64,000 nucleotides of DNA from Octopus vulgaris (taxonomy: Eukaryota), in assembly GCA_951406725.2 (NCBI GenBank), contig OX597824.1, forward strand, positions 16,368,001 to 16,432,000, written 5' to 3'. A model generated the notes under the pieces. That model had not been told where the DNA came from and searched no databases. It saw only the letters and a program-made list of their open reading frames with translations. The position numbers and the translations under genes are program-made. Position 1 is the stretch's first letter, and each line of letters begins with the position of its first letter. Below, in pieces: positions 28,385-43,997 of the stretch.

Positions 28385-28385
<1 letters not shown>
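27940..28385 (+). mobile_element. SINE family C with tail 1, followed by an inverted tail fragment (28312-28385)
   Basis: Homology to 17985-18343. Confidence 0.82.
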
Positions 28386-28434
<49 letters not shown>

Positions 28435-28565
28435 AAGTTAATCCAAACAAGAAAGCACAAAAAAACACACAACAACGCGAGGACGTGGAACAAATATTGT
28501 ATTATTGGACGCTCAGGAAAGAAGGAGGGTTTAACGTTTCGAGCGGAGCTCTTCGTCGGAAACAT
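28435..28565 (-). mobile_element. Short repeat family D (HHR-like)
   Basis: Minus strand 28529-28563 reads GTTT-CCGACGA-A-GAGC(TCC)GCTC-GAAAC-GT-T-AAAC. Confidence 0.8.
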
Positions 28566-28630
28566 GTATGTATGTATATATGTATGTATACATATATATA
28601 TATGTACATAAAATATATATATATATATAT

Positions 28631-28672
<42 letters not shown>

Positions 28673-28707
28673 TATACATATATATATATATACATACATA
28701 TATATAT

Positions 28708-28770
<63 letters not shown>

Positions 28771-29377
28771 TACATATACATATATACATACATATATACA
28801 AGGAAACTGGGAAACCGGCCCTTATGAGCCAGGCATGGCTCGAAAAGGAACAACCAATGTATGTATGAAATCATGTATCTATTAACACTCCCTGTTTTTA
28901 ATTTAGAGTAAATTTTGACCGGCCACCGCCTTTGTAGCAACGTTGAGGAGGAAAGCACCTTGTTTTAGCCCTCATCATTTAAATCTTAAGAAGGTCTTGC
29001 ACATTTTTATATGCGTATGATTTTTCCTTGAGTTTAATTTAAGGTTTTCTTGACAGTCGTAAGTAAACTGGGAAGCAAGCGAATAGCAGCGTCGTCGTTC
29101 GGAGCGAGCAAAGAGAGCTGGCTGCGGCGGTGGCTGCCGGCGACCGGCGGTGCGATCGAAAGGCCATTGTCTCAGCGTCGGCGATATTGAGCATGAGTGT
29201 CCGTGTCCGTGTGTTACACAGGCGGCTGAGGCGGCGGAGAGAGTTGCATTGAGGAGTCACCAACAAAGCAAAAATGATATTTTGAGTTAAGAGAGTTCCT
29301 AGTGCTTGTAAATAAGTTGTTGAGATTCACTGCTAATGAACACTCCCAAGGGTATGCATATTTCCTTATAAAAATCT

Positions 29378-29955
29378 CACTTGGAGAATTTCTAGAATGT
29401 CTTACAAACCTTCACTGTGCCACTAATAAATTGAATTTAGAGAATCCACGTCAATTTCTGTTTCTCTTTTTCCATGAAACTAAATGTTTCCATGTTTTTT
29501 CGTTTTGAAAATTTGTTGGTACACAGCCTAACGCATCTATGATTATAGGTACAATGAAGAATTCATAATCATTTTACAAGACCTGTAAGTTCCGCATTAA
29601 TTTGTCATAAAAGTTCTCTTTTTCCTAAACTTTTGATCGCACATTCACATCTGCTGTGCAGCTGTCCTCGAAAATAGCGCATTAATTTCGTTCCCTGTCC
29701 CACAGAACAATATCAGGTCTGTTATGTTTGCTCGGAATTGATGTTTTTACTAAGGTGCTTCACCAGTATTCCTTGCTTTAAAAGGCGTGAATACCTGTTG
29801 GTTCTGAGATGCCTTTGATGTATACGTCAGGGCAATCCTTCCTACGGATAGCAATGTAAATAGTCTTTGCAACTCTATCATGCCTCAGGGACAAGAAGTA
29901 TCTCGGAGCCATTTTGAGATAGCTGTTGATGATGTGGATATCTCCCACACTGGTA
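29378..29955 (-). mobile_element. Decayed RLE-type (R4-like) non-LTR retrotransposon: zinc-knuckle remnant plus endonuclease
   Basis: Minus translation DIHIINSY...LRHDRVAKTIY...KHNRPDIVLWDRERN*CAIFEDSCTADVNV...EKENFYDKLMRNLQVL...SGTVKVCKTF carries the RHD and RPD..D/E..K motifs, with stops and frameshifts. Confidence 0.85.
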
Positions 29956-29959
29956 TAGT

Positions 29960-30262
29960 TGTTTGTTCCTTCTCGAGCCATCCCTGGTTCAGAAGGGCCG
30001 GTTTCCCGGTTTCCTTGGCGTATAGGTTCCCCATCTGGACGGGACGCAGTCCGCCGAAGGTGAGCTGCTAGATGCAGGAGGAAAGAGTGAGAGAAAGTTG
30101 TGGCGAAAGATTCAGCAGAAGTTCGTCATTACCTTCTGCCGGAGCCGCGTGGAGCTTAGGTGTTTCGCTCATAAACACTCACGTTGCCCGGTCTGCGATT
30201 CGAACCCACGATCCCTCGACCGCGAGTCCGCTGCTCTAACCACTAGGCCATATACCTCCACG
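29960..30262 (-). mobile_element. SINE family C with tail 2
   Basis: Same head and body as family C (GGTTCGAATCG B box, GCTCCACGCGGCTCCGGCAG, CTTTCTCTCACTCTT), with a different 3' part ending GGCTCGAGAAGGAACAAAC. Confidence 0.82.
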
Positions 30263-30464
30263 CACTGGTATAGTATAGCTGACATTTTTTTTTTACCACA
30301 TGAACGTTTGGTGGTATCTATGTAACTTTTGTTTATCAGGTATTTAGTAGCTATAACATGTTCCTGGATATCGAAGGCATATTCTTTTAAATGAGATGTA
30401 ATATATATGTGCGTGGGGGTGTATGCATATTTGTATGTATGTATGTATGTATGTATGTATGTAT

Positions 30465-30650
30465 AGGGGGAGAGTTTACGAAAAAAACAAAAGACGAAGA
30501 CAGGTGGTGTACAAAACAAACAGATGTATTAGTATAACGCTCAGGAGTAGAAAAAGTCTTTTACGTTTCGAGCCTACGCTCTTCTACAGAAAGGGACACA
30601 GAAAAAACAAGGAGAGAAAAATGTGTGTGTAGTGGCTAACGATGTATCAT
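30465..30650 (-). mobile_element. Short repeat family E (HHR-like)
   Basis: The motif at 30558-30593 is identical to the reverse complement of 18743-18778. Confidence 0.8.
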
Positions 30651-31674
30651 GGCGACTGCCGGACAGAAGGGTCACACACGAGAGGTAAGAAGTAGGGGAG
30701 ATAACAAAGTAAAGATGTATATATGTATATGTATATATGTATGTATGAATTTACGTATGTATGTATTTATGTATGTATGAATGTATGCATTTATATGCAT
30801 ATAAGACTCGCGAATATAACATATTCACAATCTTTGACTGATACACACACAGACACACATGTATGCAAACTGTAAATAACAACATTTAGAAACAGCAGGA
30901 AACAAGCAGCAGGTAGCAAAATATTTATTTGGAATATAAATAACGATACTTCTGTTTCAGCTATATAATTAAAAAACGAAGAATTTTTTTTCTAAAGACA
31001 CAATAATCACACAATTAATAAAATAATAAATTATAGAGAATTTTTTTGAAAACTGGAAAACAAGAATTCATATAAAAATTAATTACATGATAATTATTTT
31101 AATATCTGAATTCTGAAAATGGAAAATTCTGTTCTTACATTTCAATAAATGAAATACAATTTTTAGCAAAATAAAATAGCTGAATATAAAAATTCCACCA
31201 AAAATTTTGGCAAAACAATAATGGATAAAGTATAACAAAACAGCATATAAATAAATATAAAAATATAATATTTGAATTTCGGAACACAAAAAAAAAAAAA
31301 CAATCAAAATTCAAGAACTACTAAGGACTTAAAGAACTTTTCTGTAATGATCAAAAATTAATAAAATAAAATTAAAAAAGGTAAAATAAAATAAATGAAA
31401 ATTCCAGCAATGTCTTACATTAAAGGAAAGTACTCTTTTGTAGAACTGTCCAATGAGTGATGCATTTCGTGCAGAAAATTTCAAATTCATTTTATTCCAA
31501 CTCAAATTACCGTTGCCTATTAGCTATGCAATGCAAGTGTGATCAGTAACCTAATACAATAAAAGGGGGATTTACTAGATAACTCCCATCAATACCCTTC
31601 TCCATCAGCATCACCATACTTTCATATTCTCTGTGCAACACTTCAGATATAATCCTGATGCTTTGTGAGTGTGC

Positions 31675-31705
<31 letters not shown>

Positions 31706-32187
31706 TGCGTGTCTGTGTGTGCTTGCTTGCTTGTGTGTGTGTGTGTTATATCTTTGTTATTTCTTTTCATATCTTTCATTTTTGCAAGGGGTTTGTGTTT
31801 TGTTTTTCAAGTAAGTTAATTATAGTTTGCCATCCCCCGAATATGGAATAAAAAAAATTAAAAAACGAACGAAAATATGAAAAAAAAAAAATATTAATAA
31901 GTACTTTGTGTTACACACACGCAAAAACGCACACAAAAATCACAGACACACACACACACATACACACATACACACACGCCCATACACAAACACACGCATA
32001 CAGATATACAGATATATGCATGATTGTGTGTGTGAAGGTATGTATGCGCACATATGTATACATGCATACATATATGCCTATGTATTTATATACACATGCA
32101 TATACACTTGTATGTATATACTCACACATACATGTAAACACATGCATATGCGCATATCCCATATCATGCATATACATACACACACCC

Positions 32188-32218
<31 letters not shown>

Positions 32219-32396
32219 CATACATACATATCATGCGTACCCCCATTATATTATATATATATACATATACACACAAACATATGCTCTCACACACATATGT
32301 ATATGCATGTGTGTCTAATTATGTACATATGTCTGCTTGTATATTACATATGATTGTCATGCTGTACTGTCATATTCCTTCACACACATACACACG

Positions 32397-32432
<36 letters not shown>

Positions 32433-32566
32433 CATATATACATATATGCATAAAGTTGCATTAAGATATAGCACATTTATTTTTTAATACTTTAATAATT
32501 CCATGCATTTCTTTACAGACGTATGAACACATTTGTGCTTATATGCTTTCCTATGTATTCATCATA

Positions 32567-32685
<119 letters not shown>

Positions 32686-32720
32686 TTTATGTGTATATAT
32701 ATATACACACACATAGAACA

Positions 32721-32763
<43 letters not shown>

Positions 32764-33274
32764 AAAGGAGAGAGAGAAAGTGTGAAAAAGAAAGGAAGAA
32801 AGTGGGTGGGGAAAATGTACGTTAGAGAAATTATGTTATACGAACGCAATCTCTTTTTTGTTCTAAGAAGGAATTTGTGGTGAAATTCAACTCTTTAAAA
32901 TGATGATTGGAGAGATTAAGTTCAGTGTAAGAGATTATCTCTCCTTACAATTGACGATTAGCAACACTTAAATATCAATAATCCACTCCACAAATATTCT
33001 GTATGAAGCCTCATCAGGAGAGATTACGTCATCTCATCTCAAGAATTCTGGTTTCTGATTGCACATACTTTCTCAGGAATTATTTGTTTATATCATCATT
33101 TCTGCTTAGCGTTTATTGTTTCTAATTATGTATAGTGGAACAAATATGAAATTTTAATACCCGTGATTATTATTATTATTATTATTATAACACTGTTCTT
33201 CACTCTCCGTTTATCCGATCAAATATTGCCTAGTATAGGAAACAATCGCGACAACAAAAGCAATACATCCACGT

Positions 33275-33747
<473 letters not shown>

Positions 33748-33969
33748 TTTCTGGTATTAGTGCAAACGTATTTGTGTGGATTACATTGGTCAGTAGATGT
33801 ATATAGCTGGGTCGTTTTTCATGGAGGCTACAGGCATGACAGAAGATGATGCTTATACGGGATTTGAACAGAATTTAAAAAAAAAACGGTTAGAGTATAC
33901 TTAGCCATATTTAGTTTGAGGGCAGTGAATCTTATCTATGGCTCCAATTCCTGCGTCATAATATTGCTT

Positions 33970-34170
33970 TCAAATTTTGGTACAAGGACAGTAGCTTCAG
34001 TATAGTGGCTAGATCGGTTACTTCGATCCTAGTTCTCAACTGGTAATTATTTTTATTGAAAACCCGAAAGGATGTAAAGCAAAGTCGACACCGCTGGTAT
34101 TTGAACCCAGAACGTAAAGATGGACGAAATGTGCCGCTAAGCGTGCTAACGATTCTGCCACCTCACCGCT
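33970..34170 (-). mobile_element. Degenerate SINE family B
   Basis: CCCGAAAGGATG..AAAGTCGAC...TTTGAACCCAGAACGTAAAG...GCTAACGATTCTGCCA. Confidence 0.7.
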
Positions 34171-34348
34171 ATATTTTCTTCTACGTCGTAAGATTAATAT
34201 TTCTAACGTAGCCACGAGGGAAGAAACATGGGATGAGGCGCTGTTTGATAAGTATCGGCTTGTATGTATTTTATCGAAAATCTTGAAAGATGCAAGTAAC
34301 GGGATATACTAAAATAAAAATACAAGGTATGTTGTTCACGTTTTAAGA

Positions 34349-34514
34349 AGGAGTGGCTGTGTGGTAAGTAGCTTGCTTACCAACCACATTGTTCCGGGTT
34401 CAGTCCCACTGCATGGTACCTTGGGCAAGTGTCTTCTACTATAACCTCGGGCCGACCAAAGCCTTGCGAGTGGATTTCGTAGACGGAAACTGAAAGAAGC
34501 CCGTCGTATATATA

Positions 34515-34550
<36 letters not shown>

Positions 34551-34835
34551 TGTATGTATGTATGTATGTATGTATGTATGTGTGTGTTTGTGTGTGCGTG
34601 TGTGTGTGTGTGTTTATGTATGTCTGTGTTTGTCCCCCCCCCCCACCAACATCGCTTGACAACTGATGCTGGTGTGTTTACGTCCACGTAACTTAGCGGT
34701 TCGACAAGAGTGACCGACAGAATAAGTACTAGGCTTACAAAGAATAAGTCCTAGGGTCGATTTGTTCGACTAAAAGCCGTGTTCCAGCATGGACGCAGTC
34801 AAATGACTGAAACAAATGAAAGAATAAAAGAAAGA
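34349..34835 (+). mobile_element. SINE family A (variant subfamily) with an expanded internal (TATG)n
   Basis: Head, body and tail homologous to family A. Confidence 0.9.
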
Positions 34836-35228
34836 ATGCGAGAGAACCTGAAGTGAATATTTTTGGAATACTGGATTTCGAAGAATATCGAATAAAGCTA
34901 TAGATAAATGGTTGCCTTTGACTATTATCAAAACTGGCTTTTCAACACAATATTAGATACTACATATTTCTAGATTTATGCGATGTGCCTTGAGAACCTA
35001 AAGGTATATATATATTTCAGATTATTGCTCTGCCAATTATTCCTAATTTTCCATTCTATCTATTCCTTTATATTAATCAGGAACATGTTTTGCATAGCTG
35101 GTGTATACCATGCCAACTGCCACGGTTAAAAATACTCTCTGTACGACAGCTTGTTCGTATATACATACATACGTACTTATATATACATATATACATATAT
35201 ATATATATTTATATGTATCTATATGTAC

Positions 35229-35285
<57 letters not shown>

Positions 35286-35300
35286 TATACATACATACAC

Positions 35301-35337
<37 letters not shown>

Positions 35338-35363
35338 CATATATATACACATACATACACATA

Positions 35364-35395
<32 letters not shown>

Positions 35396-35402
<7 letters not shown>

Positions 35403-35591
35403 ACCACGTGACCGACCAGACCATCAGATGTTGTTACACATCGCTGGTCACAATGCACATCGCATTGTTTTAGCCTTCGAATGACGCCACCCCGCTGGCT
35501 AAGCGAGCAGGCCAACAGAAGAAAGAGTGGTGAAAGAGTACAGCAGGGATCACTACCCCCTGCCCTAACCACTAGGCCATTGCACCTTCAC
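35396..35591 (-). mobile_element. SINE family C with tail 3, internally deleted
   Basis: Family C head TGAAGGTGCAATGGCCTAGTGGTTAGGGCAG and body CCTGCTGTACTCTTTCACCAC, with a distinct tail ending (GGTCACGT)n. Confidence 0.72.
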
Positions 35592-36011
35592 ATATAACAA
35601 TGTTATAAAATAAAGAAGCCTGTAGATGTGTTCAAATATGAATATGCTTGGCACATAACTGACCTGTGAAGTAGAATTTTCTCAGACATTTACAGTTTAA
35701 GAAGCACTAAGGCAGTTCATATCGCATATTGGGATAGTAGAGGCATTTGGAGCGCTTTGTGCGCTCGTCATATACCAAGATATGACGTCAATTTTTAGAG
35801 TTGTCTCACATCGTATCTGGCACTGCTGCGATCACTAAATTGCGTTTAAATGTCTTTTGTGTTTTAAACAATTTCTCTCTATAGCCAACTGGTGGGAAAA
35901 TGCCTCTTACACGGTAAACATACCTGAAACAAAGATAGATCGATAGATATATATATATATATAGATAGAGAGACAGACATTATATATATATATATATATA
36001 TATATAGTAAT

Positions 36012-36080
<69 letters not shown>

Positions 36081-36314
36081 AGAAGTTGAATTTTAGTTCA
36101 TTCTTTACTTTGAGGGTTTCCAAAGTGCAATTTCTAACAAAGATTTTTCATATTTTGCTGGTAGCTTACTGGCGTAAGATTTTTGCGAATATGAAATTAT
36201 TATTATTTGTATATGGTGTGCTATGAGAATTTATGGAAAGTTATCCCATAGAAACTCAACAAGTATGTTAAAAAGTAGGGACGAGTTGTTGAGATACAAA
36301 AGAATTTTAATACA

Positions 36315-36425
36315 TGCAAACCATCGTTTCGAACAGTGATATTAACATGTAAATAAGATGATAGAATAATTAAAATTAATTTGATTAAATTTAATTAATT
36401 ACATGTCACTGTTCTCGTCAGAGCA
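36315..36425 (-). ncRNA. Hammerhead ribozyme-like motif with extended stem II
   Basis: Minus strand: TGCT-CTGACGA-GAACAGTGA-CATGTAA...TTACATG-TTAATA-TCACTGTTC-GAAAC-GATG-GTT-TGCA. Confidence 0.65.
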
Positions 36426-36963
36426 AAAAGTACACAACAGGAATTATTATTATTACATAAGACTTGATAAAGGAAATACCAGATAACAAAATCCGGATAT
36501 ACATATTTTATCCTTACGGAAAACTGAGAGCATACAAAAGAATGTTGTAGAGTCTGGTTGTATATCAACTAAACATGATACAGCTAATGGTTGTTTGAAA
36601 ATAGGAGTGAAAATGTTTAAGCTATGTTCCCTTTATATAATAATAAATAGCTAAATAATATCAACTCCAAATAAATCCTTTATCATAGAAAGTTTAATAG
36701 AGATGTCCAATGGAAAGGCATGGTTATGTTTGAATTAGGATATGAATTGGCAGTTATAAATAATATTAAGTAGAGTGTGTATTTAATTTTTTTTTGTGTG
36801 AGAATGAAATTAAAACTTGTGAATGTAGTAATATACAGTAGGCTGCTAGAATGCTACGACAATAAGAGTTAGTAGAAATACTTCGATAGTTATATATAAT
36901 GGAAAGTTTGTTAGTATGAGAACTTATATTCATTTATACATATTATACATATTATACATATAA

Positions 36964-36998
<35 letters not shown>

Positions 36999-37518
36999 CA
37001 TGCATATGTATGTATGTATGTATATATATATATATATATATATACACAACTTGAAGATATCGCACTAATAATGTATAAATCACTGCATATAAATGTGCAA
37101 CTATATGCAAGTAATGCGATAGAAACACGTGTCGGACAATTATTACGGATAAACCAACTGTAAATAAACATAAAATTTAAATGTTCAATTTCTTTATTCT
37201 CCTTATTATCAATATATATATATATATATATAAACTTCAGTTATAGGTTGGATTAGCCTCATTGAGGGATAGTAATATCCAATGGATTACTGGTTCATTA
37301 CCTAATATTTGTTGTGAATATTAATTATAATACTCATGTATTATAAGTAATTAGGTAAATCAAGTTTTATATGTATTCAAGAAAAATAAGAAAATGGAGA
37401 TACATAAATTAATAACTATATTTATTAACTGCAAAAATATTTTTGCTAATGATTTTTTTGTTTATTTTTTCAGCTTATAAATATACTCATTAATTATTGA
37501 TGTAGGTCCACTTTTCTG

Positions 37519-37553
<35 letters not shown>

Positions 37554-37981
37554 ACAAATGAAAGACAGAAGATGAAATATACGAGAATTTATTGTTAATC
37601 ACTACAATTGTTTAAACACATCTAGCACCGATTCCTTCTGGGTGGGACACTCAACAGCTGGTTCAGGGGCATCCGGTGGTGCAGATGTATCTCGCTGGGT
37701 GATAAATAAATACAACTCGTTAAAATGACTGTTCCGCAATGAAACTTTCCGTTTTGTAGAGAGAAAAGCAGCCAGACGGAGGAAATATCTTCATTTATTT
37801 AGAATATCAAATATAAAATCACAGATTAGAAAACGAGAAACGAATATGCAGTCCGGCAGATATGGATATGGATGTATAAACGCCTTCATTCAAGCTGCAT
37901 GGCGCGAGTACACTCGCTCATACAAGCATCCGCAAAAATGTGAGCATGCGCACACGTGAAGTTTGTATATATACTCTCTCT

Positions 37982-38651
<670 letters not shown>

Positions 38652-39086
38652 TGCTGTTCCTAAAATATCCCAGCTATTGGAGCATCGTGTCGAGCGATGG
38701 TGAGTATTTCGTCCTCGGAGAGAGACAGGTTAGCCATATGTAACATAGCTTGAGTGACCCAGACGAAAAGTATCTTTTATACACATATAAATCTACGTCT
38801 CTCAGACATGTACGTGCGCGCATACACATAAATATATGTGTGCGTATTTGTGGAATACGTACGTACAGATGCATTATGCCATGCAGACATAATGAGAGAA
38901 GCCACAGAAACCGATTAGTTCTAGACTTGTAGAAATATCTTATTTCTTTTAAGAATAATTTCTTCTGATTTTCACGTATTTCTTCCCCTCTTCTTTCTGT
39001 TTTAGCTTTTATAAATCCATATCTGTGCGTGCTGTGTATGTGTTAGTGAGTATCTGTCTATACATACATATATATACATACATACA

Positions 39087-39201
<115 letters not shown>

Positions 39202-40255
39202 ATATGTGTATATATATATACACATACATATGTGTATATATATATGCTTATAAGTATGCATATAAATGTATGTATATTTGTGTCTGTGTGTCTCTGTGCA
39301 TCAGACACTTCTTAGATTTATGTTTGTTTGCGTGTGTGGTGTGCGCTTGTTAATGCAAATTGTTCCAGTGAAATCTGTGTGGTTTCTACAAGATATGACA
39401 TATATCACGTGTCAATCGCAATTGCCGACGAAATATTCCTGTCTTCTACTCTATTTTGTCATCAATTTATTTTAGTTTAATTTTTTTTGTTTTTTTTTTT
39501 GTATTTTCTGGCTGCAATTTACTTCTCAAATAAAACAGATATGTGTCTTTGCATGTGTATGTGGTAAATAATGGCGGAAAATGATGCGAGACAGTAAGAT
39601 GATGTATAAAATTGTAACAGATGTGAGGCGTAGTGTGAGGTGGTAAGCGAGCGAGCGAGAGAAAGAGAGAGAGAGAGAGAGTAAGAGAAAGCAAGGATAG
39701 CAAAAAGTAGAGATTGATATTTAATAGCAGTGAGGGGGACTGAGAAATAACGGAAGGTGGGAGGACGTGATCAAATATAGTGAAGGTGATAGTGAGAGTT
39801 AGTACAATGGTGGTAATATTCAGTGAGAAGTAGTAGGAGGTAGAGAGAACGAGAGAGTAATAAAATACGGTAGGTGGCGCTTGGAAAAAAATGTAAAGGG
39901 ATGGTAGAGGAAACATGGGTGAAGAGAGAAAAACTGTTAAAGATGGTGATATAAAAATTAAATAATAACGAAAAATCTGGCGGCTAATTGTTGAAAGAAT
40001 CCCGGTATAACCTTCTCAGGTGTCAGTAATTTACGCATCATATGTTCTTAGCTTGACGTCCATCATATATTGACAACCTTATTTGTTGAAATAATCATCA
40101 GATGACAATAAAAACACGATAGAAATAAATATGGCTACTATTAACCACATCAGCGAATCATCGCTAAACACGCGAGACGCGCACACACACATATATACAT
40201 GTATATATACGTATATATGTACATATATACATATAGGTACATAGATACATGCATG

Positions 40256-40286
<31 letters not shown>

Positions 40287-40301
40287 CTGTATATGCGTGT
40301 A

Positions 40302-40366
<65 letters not shown>

Positions 40367-40550
40367 CTATGTGTTCCCGAGTACGGGTGGTTTGTTAATG
40401 GATGATGCTTAAATAAACGTCTATACTTATACAGAGAGAAAATATTAATGTTATCTTAATGAGAGCAAGAATAATAAAGAAAGAGACAAAATATTACAGA
40501 AACGCTGATAAATTTTAGAAACACTGGCATAAAGTGAAAAAGAATTATAC

Positions 40551-40599
<49 letters not shown>

Positions 40600-40631
40600 C
40601 ATCTATCCATCTATCTATCTATCTATCCATC

Positions 40632-40690
<59 letters not shown>

Positions 40691-40712
40691 CATCTATCTA
40701 TATATCTATCGA

Positions 40713-40755
<43 letters not shown>

Positions 40756-40776
40756 TCATCTATCTATCTATCTATC
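40551..40776 (+). repeat. (TATC)n microsatellite
   Basis: Direct reading; another array at 50075-50345. Confidence 0.95.
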
Positions 40777-41099
40777 ATCGACCCCAATTTTTTACTCTTG
40801 CTTTATGAAGGACGTAGTTGGAGAACTACGAAGAGGCTGCGCTCCGCCATTGTGCAAGAAAGGTGAGAAGAACCTTCTCCATAAACTTCTAAGTCTGTTT
40901 CTATGTCGCAGCCCATTCCTCAGCAACTTTGGCATAATCGCCAAAACGGTCGACAGAAGAGGCAACGTATTAAGCTTTACAAGTGTAAATATACTTACAG
41001 TACTAATTTTCAGTGAAATAGTTTACAGAGCATGACTGCAAATTTTCGAGCAGTTTGTACAGCGATTTCCAATGCATAATTCAGCTCAACTCTTAGTGA

Positions 41100-41560
41100 A
41101 AGAGATTTAGCAGAATCCTTAGGACATCGGAAGAAATGCTGTATTTCTTTCGACTTATGATGTTCTGCGTTCAAATTTCATCAAGGTAAAATGTACCTTT
41201 CATTCTTCCGGGGTTAATAAAACAAGAAAGAGTTGCGCAAATGGATCGATGTTATCAACTATCTTCCTTTAAAATTGCAGACCTTGTGCCAAATGTTGAA
41301 GCCAATATTTAGGTAATTAGCAAAACTGGTCGAATACTGACATATATTCTTTTCTATTCTATGCACAAGGCCCGAAATTTTGGGGGAGTGGGGCAGTCGA
41401 TTAGATCGACTCCAGTACGCAACTGGTACTTATTTAATCGACCCCGAAAGGATGAAAGGCAAAGTCGACCTCGGCGGAATTTGAACTCAGGACGTAGCGG
41501 CAGACGAAATACTGCTAAGCATTTCGCCCAGTGTGCTAACGATTCTGCCAGCTCACCGCT
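41100..41560. mobile_element. Family B SINEs: degenerate plus copy (41100-41305) and minus copy with tail 2 (41355-41560)
   Basis: Homology to the family B consensus. Confidence 0.82.
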
Positions 41561-42007
41561 TTGTAAAAAAATCGAAGATTGCCCGTGGGTCCCGAAACCA
41601 TTTATCCTGTAAACACGACTGGTGTTGTAGCAGTATTTTACCAAAAGCATCCTTCACTAGTACGTAATATTGAGGACTCTGTACCCTAGTTTGCAAAATT
41701 TATATTTCAATTGGGGGATAATATTCATCACTTAGTTGACGCGGAGAATGGAAAGTTTAAAGTACCTTAAATTTACCAAAGACCAATAGTGAAAGCTTAT
41801 TATCGTCTCATAGAAGGATAAAATCTAGAAGTTTTATATATATATATATATATATACATATGCATACCTATATGTTATATATATATATATATATTCATGT
41901 ATGTGGGTGGGTGTATATACATGTATGTATTTATGCATGTATGTAGTATGTATGTAAGTATATATGTATGCACATCTATCTATATAATATATATGTATAT
42001 ACGTATG

Positions 42008-42079
<72 letters not shown>

Positions 42080-42399
42080 CATATATGCACATACATATAC
42101 GTATATACGCATGTGTACTTATACATATTTCGTACATATGTCAATGTGTCTCCATGTACGAATATATATATACATTCATATATGGGAGTGCGTACGCATA
42201 TATGTAAACTTCATCTAACAATATGTGAACACAGTTATATATGTTTATGAGGCTGTGTCACTGCGTATAGATGTCTATGCGTATATATATATAATTATAC
42301 GTTCTTGAGCGATTGCGTGTATACGCATATTCAACACATGTCCTCATATATATATATATACACATACGTATTCGTATGCAAACACTCACACAAATACAA

Positions 42400-42447
<48 letters not shown>

Positions 42448-43141
42448 GTTTATGTATATATGTGTTTGCGTGTTATTAAATTCTAAAGACATAATAATAT
42501 ATTTGCGATGTGTGTAATGAAAACATAGGAACTGAGGACAAGCAAGAACAAAAAACGACCTAAAGCTACCTGTTCTCATATTATAACCATATTTAGTGGC
42601 AAGAAAAAAAAAAAGGCTTATTGAGTTGACTCCGTATTTAACTGAAAGCAGCTGACAATGAGTCATGAATTGGTGCATTATTGTCTGAATGGAACACCTT
42701 AGTGTAAGACACGGGGGTGGGTAAATATACGGAGACAAGTCAGCATCGCAGACACGTGTAAATTACGTGGAGTTATTAAGCGCGCACACGCACACGCATA
42801 GACAGAAGCACAGACACATATACATACACACATACACACACGTAGGTATGTACCTATATAAGTAAACTATATGAGTGCGTCTGTCCGTGTATATACATAT
42901 ACATACAAACACACCACATATATATATACACACACAGACGCATATACATACACACATACACGCGCGTAGGTATGTACGTATACAAGTAAACTATATGAGT
43001 GCGTCTGTCCGTGTATATACATATACATACAAACACACACACATATATATATATACACACACATATATATATATATATACATATATAGCAAATAAATATC
43101 TAATAGACACACATACACACACACATATACACACATACATA

Positions 43142-43540
43142 TACTCTTACTCTTTGCTCCTTTACTTGTTTCAGTCATTTGACCGCGGCCATGCTGGAGC
43201 CCTGCCTTTAGTCGAGCAAATCGACCCAGGACTTATTCTTTGTAAGCCTTGTACATATTGTATCGATCTCTTTTGCCGAACCTTTAAGTTACGGGGACGT
43301 AAACACACCAGCATCGGTTGTCAAGTGATGTTGGGAGGGACAAACAAAACACACACATATACATATATATATATACATATATACGACGGGCTTCTTTCAG
43401 TGTCCGTCTACCAAAACCACTCACAAGGCTTTGGTCGACCCGAGGCTATAATAGAAGACACTTGCCCAAGGTGCCTCGCAGAGGGACTGAACCTGGAACC
43501 ATGTGGTTGGTAAGCAAGCTACTTACCACACAGCCACTGC
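43142..43540 (-). mobile_element. SINE family A
   Basis: Full-length homology. Confidence 0.9.
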
Positions 43541-43609
43541 TGTGTCTGTGTGGTATATATATATATATATCTATGTCTCTCTCTCTCCCTTTCTCTCTCT
43601 CTCTATCAA

Positions 43610-43655
<46 letters not shown>

Positions 43656-43676
43656 TGTATATCTTTCTCTTTCTCC

Positions 43677-43723
<47 letters not shown>

Positions 43724-43937
43724 TAACACTTTGAACTCTAGACCAAATTATATTTAAAGAAGACTTCAACGAGAAATTTATTTTTCTTCTTCAAATTTTT
43801 ATAAACCTTCACTGATATTCGATGAGAATCATCATCGAAACTGGTAATATTTTCTTTATATATTTTAAAAATTATTTTATTAAATTCCTTCTTAAGTTGA
43901 AATGTTTTAGATTTACTTCTGTCCTATCTCTACCTAC

Positions 43938-43997
<60 letters not shown>

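Noticed and set aside
33005-33022. CTGATGAG on the minus strand (also plus strand at about 24614)
   Set aside because: No convincing stem II-GAAA-stem III-NUH arrangement follows.
42820-43080. Tandem duplication of about 124 bp in CA/TA-rich DNA
   Set aside because: Real, but an ordinary slippage-type duplication of low-complexity sequence.
43810-43850. CTGATAT..GATGA/TCATC-GAAACTGGTA hammerhead-like string
   Set aside because: The core is doubly mutated and there is no stem I pairing; insufficient alone.
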